Assembly: GCA_041661745.1 (NCBI GenBank)
Contig: JBAZTR010000004.1
Coordinates: 12,961 to 76,960 of the forward strand
Length of the DNA stretch: 64,000 nucleotides
Direction: 5' to 3'
Origin: Patescibacteria group bacterium
GTDB taxonomy: Bacteria; Patescibacteriota; Patescibacteriia; UBA9934; GWF2-40-263
This document shows, piece by piece, positions 9,877-18,779 of the stretch. Under the pieces are notes generated by a model. The model ran no database searches and was not told where the DNA came from. It was given only the letters and a program-made list of their open reading frames with translations. The translations under genes and the position numbers were made by a program. The first letter of the stretch is position 1. Each line of letters starts with the position of its first letter.

Positions 9877-10470
9877 TTAAATCTTTCCCACCAAATCAAG
9901 CCCGGGTTTTAAAGTGGCCGCCCCCGGTTTCCAGGAAGCCGGACAAACTTCACCGTTATGTTCACGGACAAAATTGGCGGCCTGAATTTTTCTTAACAAC
10001 TCGGCGGCGCTGCGACCAACACTGTTATCGTGTACTTCCATCACTTTTAGAAAACCGTCGGGATCAAAAACAAAAGTGCCACGCAAGGCCAAGCCTTCAT
10101 TGGGAATATAAACATTTAAAGCTCGAGCCAAAACCCCGGCCGGATCAGCCGCCATGGGAAAAGTTATCTTTTTAATGACCGGCGACTCGTCGTGCCAAGC
10201 CTTGTGAACAAAAACCGTATCCGTGCTAACACTGACAATTTCCGCATTGTTTTGCTTAAACGCTTCGTAATTATCGGCCAGTTCGGAAAGTTCGGTTGGA
10301 CAAACGAAAGTGAAATCAGCCGGATAAAAGAAGAGAACCAACCACCGTCCATGAAAATCCGAGATTTTCATTTTTTTGATTTTTTCATCTTGAAAAACTT
10401 CAAACTCAAAATCTTCCAATTTTGAATTAATTAAAGGCGTGTGATATTGAATATTTTGTATCTCGTTCAT
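9877..10470 (-). CDS. Peroxiredoxin (typical 2-Cys, AhpC/TSA family)
   Basis: Peroxidatic Cys motif FTFVCPTE and resolving Cys motif EVCPASW. 197 aa. Confidence 0.85.
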   Translation of the reverse strand: MNEIQNIQYHTPLINSKLEDFEFEVFQDEKIKKMKISDFHGRWLVLFFYPADFTFVCPTELSELADNYEAFKQNNAEIVSVSTDTVFVHKAWHDESPVIKKITFPMAADPAGVLARALNVYIPNEGLALRGTFVFDPDGFLKVMEVHDNSVGRSAAELLRKIQAANFVREHNGEVCPASWKPGAATLKPGLDLVGKI

Positions 10471-10502
10471 ATGAATATAAATTATTATTAACTTATTATA
10501 TT

Positions 10503-10600
10503 GTCTATTTTTCCTCTTCCCCTCTACCCCTGCCCTCTCCTTCCCAAGGAGAGGGAGATCTCGTGGGCGCTCGACGCGGGGCTGTTTGTTTTTCTTCTCT
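10503..10600. repeat. PE-C family element (cccctgccctctcc-ttcccaa-ggagagggag) plus conserved tail gctcgacgcggggctgtttgttttt
   Basis: Inverted repeat plus a tail shared with 11040 and 17860. Confidence 0.75.
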
Positions 10601-10946
10601 ATTTTCTAACAATCTCCGACTTAAAAAACTTTTCCTGAAAATTGGTCAGCTGCCTTATGTCATCATCACTTACTTTATTCCCTTCCGGCACAACAATCAA
10701 TTTGTCGTCGTCATCGTTTGTGCGGTGAATTACGGCGATGCAACGACCGGTAAAATCTTGCAACGTTTCGGTTACACCCAAAACATATACATCAATTTCT
10801 TCCCCATCCGGAGCTTTGGTGTCGGGCACGAAGCCGTAGTTTACCTCGTACACAAACCCATACTTGGGATGTAACGAACCAAGCGGACGATCAATTTTAA
10901 CTGTAACGGTTTGATTTAGATATTGAGTGTATAAATTGGCGAGCAT
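10599..10946 (-). CDS. Short family-I inorganic pyrophosphatase-like protein
   Basis: DRPLGSLHPKYGFVYEVNYGFVPDTKAPDGEEIDVYVLG matches the PPase active-site region (YPxNYGFIPxTxxxDGDPxDVLV). The track ORF to 11123 adds 59 codons that are a translated PE-C repeat, so Met at 10946 is preferred. Confidence 0.55.
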   Translation of the reverse strand: MLANLYTQYLNQTVTVKIDRPLGSLHPKYGFVYEVNYGFVPDTKAPDGEEIDVYVLGVTETLQDFTGRCIAVIHRTNDDDDKLIVVPEGNKVSDDDIRQLTNFQEKFFKSEIVRK

Positions 10947-10956
10947 ATTTTTAAAG

Positions 10957-11128
10957 TTATTTTCTTCCTCTCCCCCTCTATCCCCCTCTCCAAGTCCCTC
11001 TCCCCAACCCTCCCCCACTGCGGCAGTGAGGGAGGGAGATCTCGTAAGTGCTCGACGCGGGGCTATTTGTTTTTTAAAAAACCCTTCGTCCACTTCGTCC
11101 CCCTCAACCCCTTCGTCCCCCAAATCTT
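10957..11128. repeat. Compound PE-C element plus conserved 85-nt module
   Basis: cccctctccaagtccctctcccc…gggagggagatctcgt, then gtgctcgacgcggggctatttgttttttaaaaaacccttcgtccacttcgtccccctcaaccccttcgtcc. The second part recurs inverted at 17797..17885. Confidence 0.8.
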
Positions 11129-11952
11129 TTTCTTGGTTTATTAAATGCCAAAAAATTCTGTCCAGTCACAATACTTTTGCCGATTTTTTGTTCCAGTTCC
11201 CTTCTGGCGTTTTTGGCGATTCGCCCGCCTTTCTTGGCCGGAACCTTATTTTCCTCAAAACCCTTCGTTGCCTCGACCTCGGCAATCTGTCGCGTGGAAA
11301 GTTCGGCCAGAGCCGTGAAAACCAATTCCGCATCAGACATATGATCGCGCAAATTTTGCGTTTTAAGATTTTTTAATTTCTTATGATCTTTAACAGTTAG
11401 GTCACTCCATTCCTTATGAATAATGTTAGTTAAAATGGCGAATTCGTTTTGTTCCTTGACTTCATTATTTTTCCAATAGTCGGTCAGCTTATTTCGCACC
11501 TCTTGCCCCATCATTCGTTGTTGAATCCATTTATCACTCCGACCCATTCTTTGCCAATATTCTCTGGAACGGTTTAAAGCTTTCTCTGGATCAGATATTT
11601 CTTGAATCCTCTCGTAACCGACTTTGGCTAACCACAATTTAACCGGTTCGGCTTTTGGGCTGGGGATAGACTGAATAATTCTAAAAATTTGTTCCGGATT
11701 ACCAGCCAAGGTCTTTCTTTTTTTCCCTGTCTCGGTAATCATTTCTACCTGGGGACAGTTTGTCCCTAGGTAGTTTCCGAGTTCAACGTCCCTTTTTCTA
11801 AGTTTTTTAACATAATCAGTCGGATTATTACTTTCCGTAAGCACGGCCACAATATCAATCACGGAAAAAAACCAAGTTTCGGTTTTTTCATCATAATAAC
11901 GGCGGATTTTAAAATTTTCAAAAACAGCTAAAGATTTTTGGTTATTTGACAT
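11104..11952 (-). CDS. Bro-N domain protein (DinD / phage antirepressor-like)
   Basis: The N-terminus LAVFENFKIRRYYDEKTETWFFSVIDIVAVLTE fits the Bro-N fold. 282 aa. The 3' end runs into the repeat module. Confidence 0.55.
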   Translation of the reverse strand: MSNNQKSLAVFENFKIRRYYDEKTETWFFSVIDIVAVLTESNNPTDYVKKLRKRDVELGNYLGTNCPQVEMITETGKKRKTLAGNPEQIFRIIQSIPSPKAEPVKLWLAKVGYERIQEISDPEKALNRSREYWQRMGRSDKWIQQRMMGQEVRNKLTDYWKNNEVKEQNEFAILTNIIHKEWSDLTVKDHKKLKNLKTQNLRDHMSDAELVFTALAELSTRQIAEVEATKGFEENKVPAKKGGRIAKNARRELEQKIGKSIVTGQNFLAFNKPRKRFGGRRG

Positions 11953-12110
11953 AAAATATTTTTTATATGAACAAAAAACTTAACAAAACAACTCCCAAAC
12001 CAACGCCTGTCCCGCGCCATGTTTCTTTTGGAGTTGTCACAGAAAATATTAAATTGCTTGTTTCTATTATTGCAAAAATTTCTGTTTTTGTCAATCGTTC
12101 CTACCAACTT

Positions 12111-12215
12111 TTCTTTATTTTTTTAATCTTTCCTCCCCGCAAATCCCTCTCCCCTTACCCTCCCCCGTCGTGGCGACGAGGGAGGGAGAACTCACAGGAT
12201 CTCTGCTGATCCACC
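12111..12215. repeat. PE-C family element (ccctctcccc…cccgtcgtggcgacgagggagggaga)
   Basis: C/G-tract arms around a cgtcgtggcgacg palindrome. Confidence 0.7.
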
Positions 12216-12355
12216 CTTTAGTTCGCGCATGAGACCGTTGTTAGTAAACATGAAAAGGTAGCCGATTGCTTTATCCTCTTAATGTATCGTGCAAAGGCGA
12301 TGTTTAAGAGAGAAACAACAGGAGAAAAGAAAAGCTTGGGCGACGAACAAAGGGT

Positions 12356-12421
12356 GGTTTAAAAAAGCCCTTTCTTTCCCCACCTTTCTTTGGGCTAGCA
12401 AAGAAAGGTGGAAAGAGAAGA
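12356..12421. repeat. Standalone palindrome (ctttctttccccacctttctttgggctagcaaagaaaggtggaaagagaag)
   Basis: About 20-bp inverted arms. It sits directly downstream of the 12422..12784 gene on the minus strand and could act as a terminator. Confidence 0.5.
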
Positions 12422-12784
12422 TTAACAAGTTGTATGAAAGAGGGCGTTGATATGTTTTCCTTCAGATATTAGACGGTTGTAAACAACAAGCGCTTCTGGC
12501 GTTTTTTCTACCACCACCTCAACCCCGGCCGCGCGACAAGCAGCCAAAAAATCCTCATCAATCTCAAGTTTTCCATCCTGACCAGTACCAACAATAATCA
12601 CCTCTGGTTTATTCGACAAAAGTTTTTCTGTTTCCCACGGTCCAAGGCGATGAGAGGTGCCGAACAATTCTTTCAAGCGCGGATAATCGCGCTCTTCGAT
12701 TTGATCGCCAATAATCAAAACCTGATCGAATTTTTTGTTGTCGATGATTATAAAACCGAATTCGGTGGAATCAATATGAGGCAT
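12422..12784 (-). CDS. Mth938-like domain protein (DUF498)
   Basis: Length and motif pattern (IIVGTGQDGKL…EALVVYNRLISEGKHINALFHTTC). 120 aa. Confidence 0.6.
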   Translation of the reverse strand: MPHIDSTEFGFIIIDNKKFDQVLIIGDQIEERDYPRLKELFGTSHRLGPWETEKLLSNKPEVIIVGTGQDGKLEIDEDFLAACRAAGVEVVVEKTPEALVVYNRLISEGKHINALFHTTC

Positions 12785-12788
12785 AAAA

Positions 12789-14102
12789 TTATAAAGACTC
12801 TAAAAATTTCATTACCCGCTTATCCGGAATAAGATGCCGTAACTCCAATGGTGTACGAAGGAATATTCCCCCCAAACTGCGACAGCGACTTAGGGCCACA
12901 TAAACCTGGCCCGAAGCAAAAGCGCCATAACCCAAATCAATGGCCACGCGGTCGAAAGTTTTACCCTGACTTTTGTGAATGGTCACGGCCCAGGCCAAGC
13001 GCAGGGGCATTTGTTTAAAGCTGCCGATTTTTTCGCGTTCTAAACAGCGGGTTTTGTTGTCGTAAGCAAAGCGAAACAAATTCCAGGTGTACGCTTCGAC
13101 CACAACTTCGTCACCGTTGTCTAAGGTCACAACAATTTCCCGCTCACCAAGTCTTTTAACGGTGCCAAGCGAACCGTTAACCCAGCGATCCAAAGAATCG
13201 TTATTCAAAAACATGACGCGAGCGTTTACCTTCAAAGTCAAAGCTTCATCAGTCGGGGCGTCTTTGTCTTGAAACCGCCCCTGGGCTTCAGCTTTATATA
13301 TTTTAGCTTTTTCGGACAAAGATGACAGTCGACTAAAATTTATCCGATCAGCCAGCTTGTTGGTGGTGGTAAGGATAATGGCTTCGTCGATAACCTCCTC
13401 GTCTTCCATATCAACGCAACGCGAATTCAAGGTCTTTAAATGTTCATGCCCGGCCGAACAATTACGAACGGCGTTTAAGACTTCAATAAACTTTTTATCA
13501 CTTTGCCGATAAATCTTTTCCAGCTCAACAAATGACAGACCGTCGGTGTCCTCAAAAATTTCCTTCATGACCTTGGCCGAAAAAAAGTACGGGGTTTCAT
13601 AAACCTTGGCCAAAGCTTCGGCTTCATCATCACGCACCACCGGCGGCAGTTGGTACAAGTCGCCAATCATCACCATTTGCTTTCCGCCAAACGGTTCCTT
13701 GTTACCCATGACGGCTTTTAAAAAAACATCAATGGCATCAAAAAGATCAGCCCGGACCATGGAAATTTCATCAATGACAATGGTTTCCACTTCGCGATAA
13801 AGCTCGTTCTCGCGAGCCTGGCGGCCTTCCCTTTTGGCTTCCTTTAAAGTAATGCCCGGGCGAATCAAGAAAAACGAATGAATGGTCTGCCCCTCAACAT
13901 TCAACGCGGCCACCCCGGTGGGGGCCAAAATCACCGCTTTCTTTTTGGTGGTATCACGAAAATGCCGGAGCAGGGTTGATTTACCTGTCCCGGCGCGGCC
14001 GGTAATAAAAACCGGCCGTTTGGTGTTTTCCATTATATCCAACGCGTGGACGAAATGTTTGTTTATGTCGAGGCGAGGTTTCATGTCTGAATATTCTATC
14101 AC
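12789..14102 (-). CDS. PIF1/RecD-like superfamily-1 DNA helicase
   Basis: Walker A FITGRAGTGKST, Walker B VIDEISMV, and the C-terminal TIHKSQGKTFDRV motif typical of the PIF1/RecD family. 437 aa. Confidence 0.8.
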   Translation of the reverse strand: MIEYSDMKPRLDINKHFVHALDIMENTKRPVFITGRAGTGKSTLLRHFRDTTKKKAVILAPTGVAALNVEGQTIHSFFLIRPGITLKEAKREGRQARENELYREVETIVIDEISMVRADLFDAIDVFLKAVMGNKEPFGGKQMVMIGDLYQLPPVVRDDEAEALAKVYETPYFFSAKVMKEIFEDTDGLSFVELEKIYRQSDKKFIEVLNAVRNCSAGHEHLKTLNSRCVDMEDEEVIDEAIILTTTNKLADRINFSRLSSLSEKAKIYKAEAQGRFQDKDAPTDEALTLKVNARVMFLNNDSLDRWVNGSLGTVKRLGEREIVVTLDNGDEVVVEAYTWNLFRFAYDNKTRCLEREKIGSFKQMPLRLAWAVTIHKSQGKTFDRVAIDLGYGAFASGQVYVALSRCRSLGGIFLRTPLELRHLIPDKRVMKFLESL

Positions 14103-14210
14103 ATTTTTAAAACCCCTTTGTCACTTTATAAGATTAAGCCGAAGGAGATGAAATTGATGAGGGTTTTTAAAAAAAGACGGCTACTAAATTTTGTTAATCA
14201 AACAAAAAAA

Positions 14211-15125
14211 TTACTGTAAACAATGCTGCATGAATATCATTACTAAATTTAAAACTAACCGTGCAGTCTTTTCATTAGCATACTCTTTCTTAGGATGGGG
14301 GTCCCCTTTTGTTTGTCTTTCCTGCATTAAAATTGATTCAATATCTTTAAAAATTTTAACGGTAAAAGAATTATTAGGAATCAGCTCTTTTCTTTGAGCT
14401 TCTTTTATTAAAATCCCGAGATCACCCTTACCAATTTCTCCGTTAACAATTATTTGCATAAACCCCTGCAGAGCAGCGCAAGCCAAGGTGATTGAAGAAC
14501 TATAGCCTTCTTCTGTATTTTTCAAATACGCAGACGTTGCGTTTCTAAAATCACGACTAACCGGTTCCCATTTTTTATGTCCTAAACAATTTAGTACTGG
14601 CTCAAAAATTTCCTTTGTTATTTTTTCATCTTGCCGAAGGATAAAACCCTCTTTGTTTAATAAAACGTTCAAACCGAATTGATTAGAAATATCGTTAAAT
14701 AAATCTATAAAGTCGATTATACGTTCTTCTCTTAAAACACCGATATAATATGAAATTAACTCATAGAAAACATCCTGCGTTTCTTCGTGAAAAATATGGT
14801 CAAAGTCCCTCTGGGCGGCATCTGGACAACATGTTTCTATTGACTGCCAGCCGCCTTCATCTCTTAAATGTGGGCCGCCATGCTGCTGCAAATTATTACA
14901 AAATGACCTAGCTTTATTATCTTCGTTAAATTGATATATCGTTTGATGAATTCCTTTGTCAACACCGAACCAGCCTTTATTAATAAAACACAACCAAATA
15001 TTTTTTTTCTGGTTCCGGTCAATTTCATCCCAAGAACGTATGCCCAGGTTAGGACGTAAAACCTCTCGTGCGGTGGAATTAGAATGTGACCATTTATCAA
15101 ATGTCATACTTTTAATTTTTTTCAA
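14211..15125 (-). CDS. Hypothetical protein, low GC (about 38%); possible defense/abortive-infection-like
   Basis: 304-aa ORF with no motif I recognise. Compositionally AT-richer than neighbours and adjacent to the helicase. Confidence 0.35.
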   Translation of the reverse strand: MKKIKSMTFDKWSHSNSTAREVLRPNLGIRSWDEIDRNQKKNIWLCFINKGWFGVDKGIHQTIYQFNEDNKARSFCNNLQQHGGPHLRDEGGWQSIETCCPDAAQRDFDHIFHEETQDVFYELISYYIGVLREERIIDFIDLFNDISNQFGLNVLLNKEGFILRQDEKITKEIFEPVLNCLGHKKWEPVSRDFRNATSAYLKNTEEGYSSSITLACAALQGFMQIIVNGEIGKGDLGILIKEAQRKELIPNNSFTVKIFKDIESILMQERQTKGDPHPKKEYANEKTARLVLNLVMIFMQHCLQ

Positions 15126-15217
15126 TCTACTTCTTACAAATTTTTCCGTCTCCTTATCAACAAAATAAACATAACAAAACTTTTCTTAATCTATTTTCTC
15201 TCAAGATTCAGTGTAAT

Positions 15218-16162
15218 TTAAACTGCCGCCTCCGCCCGTTCTAACAACAAATTAATATCAAATCTAGCGCCGGGATCTCGCAAGTTATCATCGACCTCTC
15301 TGACTGCGTCGTAGGAAAGAAATTTAACCGCCTTATCAAGTCCTAAATATTCACTTGAAAAAGTCGGCCGTTTTAACTGTTCAAAAACTTTTATTTTTCT
15401 ATCCCTATCAGCAACGATAAAAAGTGGATAGTTAGAATTAGGGGCCAGTGTTCTTAAATCGGATAAACGCAGAATTCCGGAATAAATACTAGTTGAGTGC
15501 TCGATTTCAAAAGCCGACTTAATTGAGTTGCCAAGTTTCCAAACCGTGTCAATGTTTTTCACATAAGACGGAACATCGATCACATCGTGAAACTCCGGAA
15601 CAACAAAATCTCTAAAATTATTTCCCTCAAATGTTTTATTTTGATCGCCGGCCGGTACCCAAACATCAAAGTTTGACTTATTTCCCAGACGAATGAGGCG
15701 CCATTGAATTTCGCTGTGCTCGGTTGGGGCACGCTCGATCTTATCATCCAAAGACAGAAACGTGGAATTAAATTCCTCTGGGTTTATTTCGATTTCTTCT
15801 AATTTCTCTCCTTTCTCTAGCTTTTGAAGAAGAGAAACGAGGTCTCCATAACTAGATAGTAAATTGTTTACTTTCTTCTGGTCTATTCCCATGAAGCCCT
15901 GCGGGTGATAATTTTTTTCATACCCAAGATATTCATTCAGTTTTTCTATCTCAACATTAAACTCAACATCATTAATCATGAAGTAGATGTATTCCCAAGT
16001 TTGGCCGCCTTCATCTGTTTGCCAAAAATATTTTGCCAGCTCGTGGTTATGCACCTTCACGGCGATTTCCGCGGCTAAAATAATTTTCCCTTTTCTATAG
16101 ACCATTACATAGTCTCCTTCCTCCATTAAATCCCAATTTCTAATATTGCTTTTCCCAGGCAT
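15218..16162 (-). CDS. Hypothetical protein; C-terminal region with a possible PD-(D/E)xK-like nuclease signature
   Basis: 314 aa. The C-terminus DVIDVP…AFEIEHSTS resembles a D…ExK-type motif. This is weak. Confidence 0.3.
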   Translation of the reverse strand: MPGKSNIRNWDLMEEGDYVMVYRKGKIILAAEIAVKVHNHELAKYFWQTDEGGQTWEYIYFMINDVEFNVEIEKLNEYLGYEKNYHPQGFMGIDQKKVNNLLSSYGDLVSLLQKLEKGEKLEEIEINPEEFNSTFLSLDDKIERAPTEHSEIQWRLIRLGNKSNFDVWVPAGDQNKTFEGNNFRDFVVPEFHDVIDVPSYVKNIDTVWKLGNSIKSAFEIEHSTSIYSGILRLSDLRTLAPNSNYPLFIVADRDRKIKVFEQLKRPTFSSEYLGLDKAVKFLSYDAVREVDDNLRDPGARFDINLLLERAEAAV

Positions 16163-16347
16163 TGCCCCCCCCAGACAGCATAAGGTCGGCCGTGTGAGTA
16201 TTCCTTGAGCTTATCAACCTCATCGGGCGACAAAAACTTAGCAGCCTCCTCCACTGTTCTTTTATTTTTAATAGTTTCGTAATAGTGTCTATCAGTGTCG
16301 TGCCCACCGCCAGCCATTACGAAAAATATTTTTCTTGTTCTACTCAT
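16126..16347 (-). CDS. Small hypothetical protein (73 aa)
   Basis: ORF overlapping the start of 15218..16162 by 37 nt. There is no recognisable domain. Confidence 0.3.
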   Translation of the reverse strand: MSRTRKIFFVMAGGGHDTDRHYYETIKNKRTVEEAAKFLSPDEVDKLKEYSHGRPYAVWGGQCLGKAILEIGI

Positions 16348-16359
16348 AATTTTTCATTA

Positions 16360-16445
16360 ATTCCCCTCCATCCTCCCACTTTCAAACGAAAAGATCAACC
16401 CAATTTAAACCTCCTCCCACCTCACCCCTGCCCTACCAAAATATC
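16360..16445. repeat. PE-C-like C-tract element (ttcccctccatcctccc…cctcctcccacctcacccctgccctacc)
   Basis: C-tract words shared with the PE-C family. Confidence 0.5.
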
Positions 16446-16505
16446 CGCACCTCGCCGTCTGAAACAGAAAAATCCTGTGAAAAAATACGATTATATGCTT
16501 AAATA

Positions 16506-16856
16506 ATGAAAGATATGGAAAAGAAACTAACAATTGGTCTATTTGCTTCCGCTGTTTTAATAATGGGGTTTTTGTTTTTCCTCGCAAACAAAACAAACAT
16601 AGTCGAAAGTAACTCAGCTGAATGTTCTGAAAACCAAAAAACCCTAATAATCAATTCCACTAACACCCTACGTTTTCCAGCTCAATTTGGTTGGGAAGGC
16701 CACACGGTCTTAATTCGCAACCAAGCCGATCAACCAATTGACAGCATGTACCCAAATCAAATCTGCGATACCGACGAAGAAGGAATTTTAGAAAAAATAA
16801 CTTCGGTAAAATTCAACGGTTTAAAAATCATAGATGAAATCTGGATTAAGGAATAA
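16506..16856 (+). CDS. Small secreted/membrane-anchored protein
   Basis: N-terminal signal/TM (KLTIGLFASAVLIMGFLFFLA). 116 aa. Confidence 0.45.
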   Translation: MKDMEKKLTIGLFASAVLIMGFLFFLANKTNIVESNSAECSENQKTLIINSTNTLRFPAQFGWEGHTVLIRNQADQPIDSMYPNQICDTDEEGILEKITSVKFNGLKIIDEIWIKE

Positions 16857-16917
16857 ATATCTTTCACAAACCTTCCGAGAGACCGGGAGGTTTTTTAAAT
16901 TAACAAAAATCCAATCA

Positions 16918-16946
16918 TTGACAAAAACCAATTTCTCCCCTACTCT
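16918..16946 (+). promoter_or_regulatory. Sigma70-like promoter ttgaca-N17-tactct for the alpha-CTD-like gene
   Basis: ttgaca at 16918 and tactct after a 17-nt spacer. GGAGGA Shine-Dalgarno sits 4 nt before ATG 16977. Confidence 0.5.
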
Positions 16947-16976
16947 GCCCACATCAAACCGGGTTCTGGAGGAAAT

Positions 16977-17282
16977 ATGTCCGACCAGTTTTATGGACTC
17001 AACGACCGAGAGTTGGAACTTCTTCTGAAGAGCGTGGACGACTTCAAAATGTCGACCCGACTCAGAAACTGCTGCGAGCACGCTGGGGTGGGATGGGTGT
17101 GGCAGATGGTCAAGCTCAACAAAGCCGAGCTGCTCGCCGAAGAGCCGCGGCGCTTCGGTCCCAAGTCGATCAAGGAGATGGAGGAACTTCTCTTGCCTAT
17201 CGGTCTTTCCATGGGCCGCAACTTCACCAGGGAGCAGCTGACGTTCCTCAACGGCTGTTCCAATCCGGCCGGTACGGCCTAA
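16977..17282 (+). CDS. Stand-alone RNA polymerase alpha-subunit C-terminal-domain (alpha-CTD)-like HhH protein
   Basis: STRLRNCCEHAGVGWVWQMVKLNKAELLAE-PRRFGPKSIKEMEELLLPIGLSMG aligns to E. coli RpoA alpha-CTD [54 protein letters not shown]. GC-rich, 101 aa. Confidence 0.65.
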   Translation: MSDQFYGLNDRELELLLKSVDDFKMSTRLRNCCEHAGVGWVWQMVKLNKAELLAEEPRRFGPKSIKEMEELLLPIGLSMGRNFTREQLTFLNGCSNPAGTA

Positions 17283-17372
17283 CCACATCTCGCTCTCCAC
17301 TGTTTTCTGGTGGAGTTTTTTAAATCTCTCAAAAAAAAATAAAACCTCAGCAGTGCTGAGGCAGAAGTCAGT
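17283..17372. terminator. Bidirectional intrinsic terminators between convergent alpha-CTD-like genes
   Basis: ctccactgttttctggtggag+T6 for the plus gene. cctcagcagtgctgagg followed on the minus strand by ttttattttttttt for the minus gene. Confidence 0.7.
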
Positions 17373-17385
17373 GACGAACGGACGA

Positions 17386-17718
17386 TCAGGTCCGTCGGGC
17401 GTTGAGGGCATGCTCGAGGCCACGGAAGGCTCGGCTGAACTCGCGAGCCCCCTCGATGAGGCTCGGGTGGTCCAGGGCTTCCACCTTGGCGGCGATCTCA
17501 GGGTCGTCCGGGATCTGGGGCAGGCCGAGCCGGTTGAGCTGGCGGTTGATGCAGCGCCAGGTGTCTTGGCCGTAGCCGCGCCGGTGAGCGAGGTCGCGAC
17601 GGGTGAGCTGGGTCACATCGCCGGCCGTGCAGCAGTGGTGGCGCGCGGCGAGGTAGTTGACGAGGTTGCGATCGAAACCGGCTTCGACAAGCAAAAGCGA
17701 GGCGGAATCTTGACACAT
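17386..17718 (-). CDS. Stand-alone alpha-CTD-like HhH protein (paralog)
   Basis: NLVNYLAARHHCCTAGDVTQLTRRDLAHRRGYGQDTWRCINRQLNRLGLPQ follows the same alpha-CTD pattern, including a Cys pair. GC-rich, 110 aa. Confidence 0.6.
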   Translation of the reverse strand: MCQDSASLLLVEAGFDRNLVNYLAARHHCCTAGDVTQLTRRDLAHRRGYGQDTWRCINRQLNRLGLPQIPDDPEIAAKVEALDHPSLIEGAREFSRAFRGLEHALNARRT

Positions 17719-17796
17719 GTAATCTCCGGGGTTGGGGGCGACAAAAGGTTTGTATCAAAAAAAACAAAATTGATCAACTTGCTTGGGAGTTTTTTA

Positions 17797-17885
17797 ATTT
17801 AGAAAAGGACGAGGGGTTTGAGGGGGACGAAGAGGACGAAGTGTTTAAAAAACAAAAAGCCCCGCGTCGAGCACCGAAGGACAGC
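17797..17885. repeat. Conserved 85-nt module, inverted copy of 11040..11128
   Basis: Its reverse complement reads gtgctcgacgcggggctttttgttttttaaacacttcgtcctcttcgtccccctcaaacccctcgtcc. Confidence 0.8.
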
Positions 17886-18115
17886 CCGGCTGAAGCGGCC
17901 CTTACCTTCAGTTGGTCGGCGAGCTATGTTCGAGTGCAGCCCCGCAACTTGCTTGACTTAACAATCGAGCAAGGTGCAGGGGCCAGCGAGTTAGCGAGCC
18001 GTGGCCGCTGAAGGCGGTTAGCTGTCCGAGGAGCGGAGACAGGGGCAGTGTTTCTTTTGCTGTGTCCACCGAAGCTCGGCGAAGGAGGATAACTTTTCTT
18101 TGCGACAAAGAAAAG

Positions 18116-18760
18116 TTAATAAGAAGACTCCCTTAAACACTTTCGAAATTTTCTAAAATCAGGACAATGTAAAGCCACCAATTGCCAAAAAGCGCGCGAA
18201 TGATTTTTGTGCGGAATATGCGCCAGCTCGTGCACCACGACATAATCAACAACTTCCAGCGGTTGAAGAATTAATTTCCAACCAAAGTTAAGATGATTTT
18301 TGTGGCTGCACGAGCCCCAGCGTTTTTGGGCGCTGTTAATTTTTATCGAAGTAAAATTCACTCCCATTTGTTTAGCATACAAAGTGGCCCGTTCGGTAAT
18401 TATTTCTTTGGCTTCCTGTTTATACCAAGCAGCCATTTTAATTTTAGCTTTAGGCAAAAACTTTTGGGGAAAAAGTAAATCGCCTTTTAGCTCGATCTTT
18501 TTAACTTTAGAAATTTTTAAGGGATAACTTTCCCCCAAGTACCAAAACACTTCCCCGTCGACGAATTCTTTTGGTTGTGACTTGGGGCGATTTTTAACGG
18601 CGACAATTTTCTTTTGAATCCAGGACATTTTATCTTGCACTAATTTTTCAATATAAACTTCCGAAACTCGCTGGGGTGCCCGAATTATCAAAACCGCCTC
18701 GGGAGTTATCTCCAGGCTGATAGTGCGGCGGTTGGAACGGATGATTTTTGCGGTTTCCAT
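18116..18760 (-). CDS. M48-family / DUF45 (YgjP-like) zinc metallopeptidase
   Basis: HELAHIPHKNHS zinc-binding motif near the C-terminus. 214 aa. Confidence 0.7.
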   Translation of the reverse strand: METAKIIRSNRRTISLEITPEAVLIIRAPQRVSEVYIEKLVQDKMSWIQKKIVAVKNRPKSQPKEFVDGEVFWYLGESYPLKISKVKKIELKGDLLFPQKFLPKAKIKMAAWYKQEAKEIITERATLYAKQMGVNFTSIKINSAQKRWGSCSHKNHLNFGWKLILQPLEVVDYVVVHELAHIPHKNHSRAFWQLVALHCPDFRKFRKCLRESSY

Positions 18761-18779
18761 TTTGGCATTATAGCAAATA

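Noticed and set aside
11104-11952. Intact prophage around the Bro-N gene
   Set aside because: No integrase, terminase, capsid or tail genes anywhere in the window. A single Bro-N gene is insufficient.
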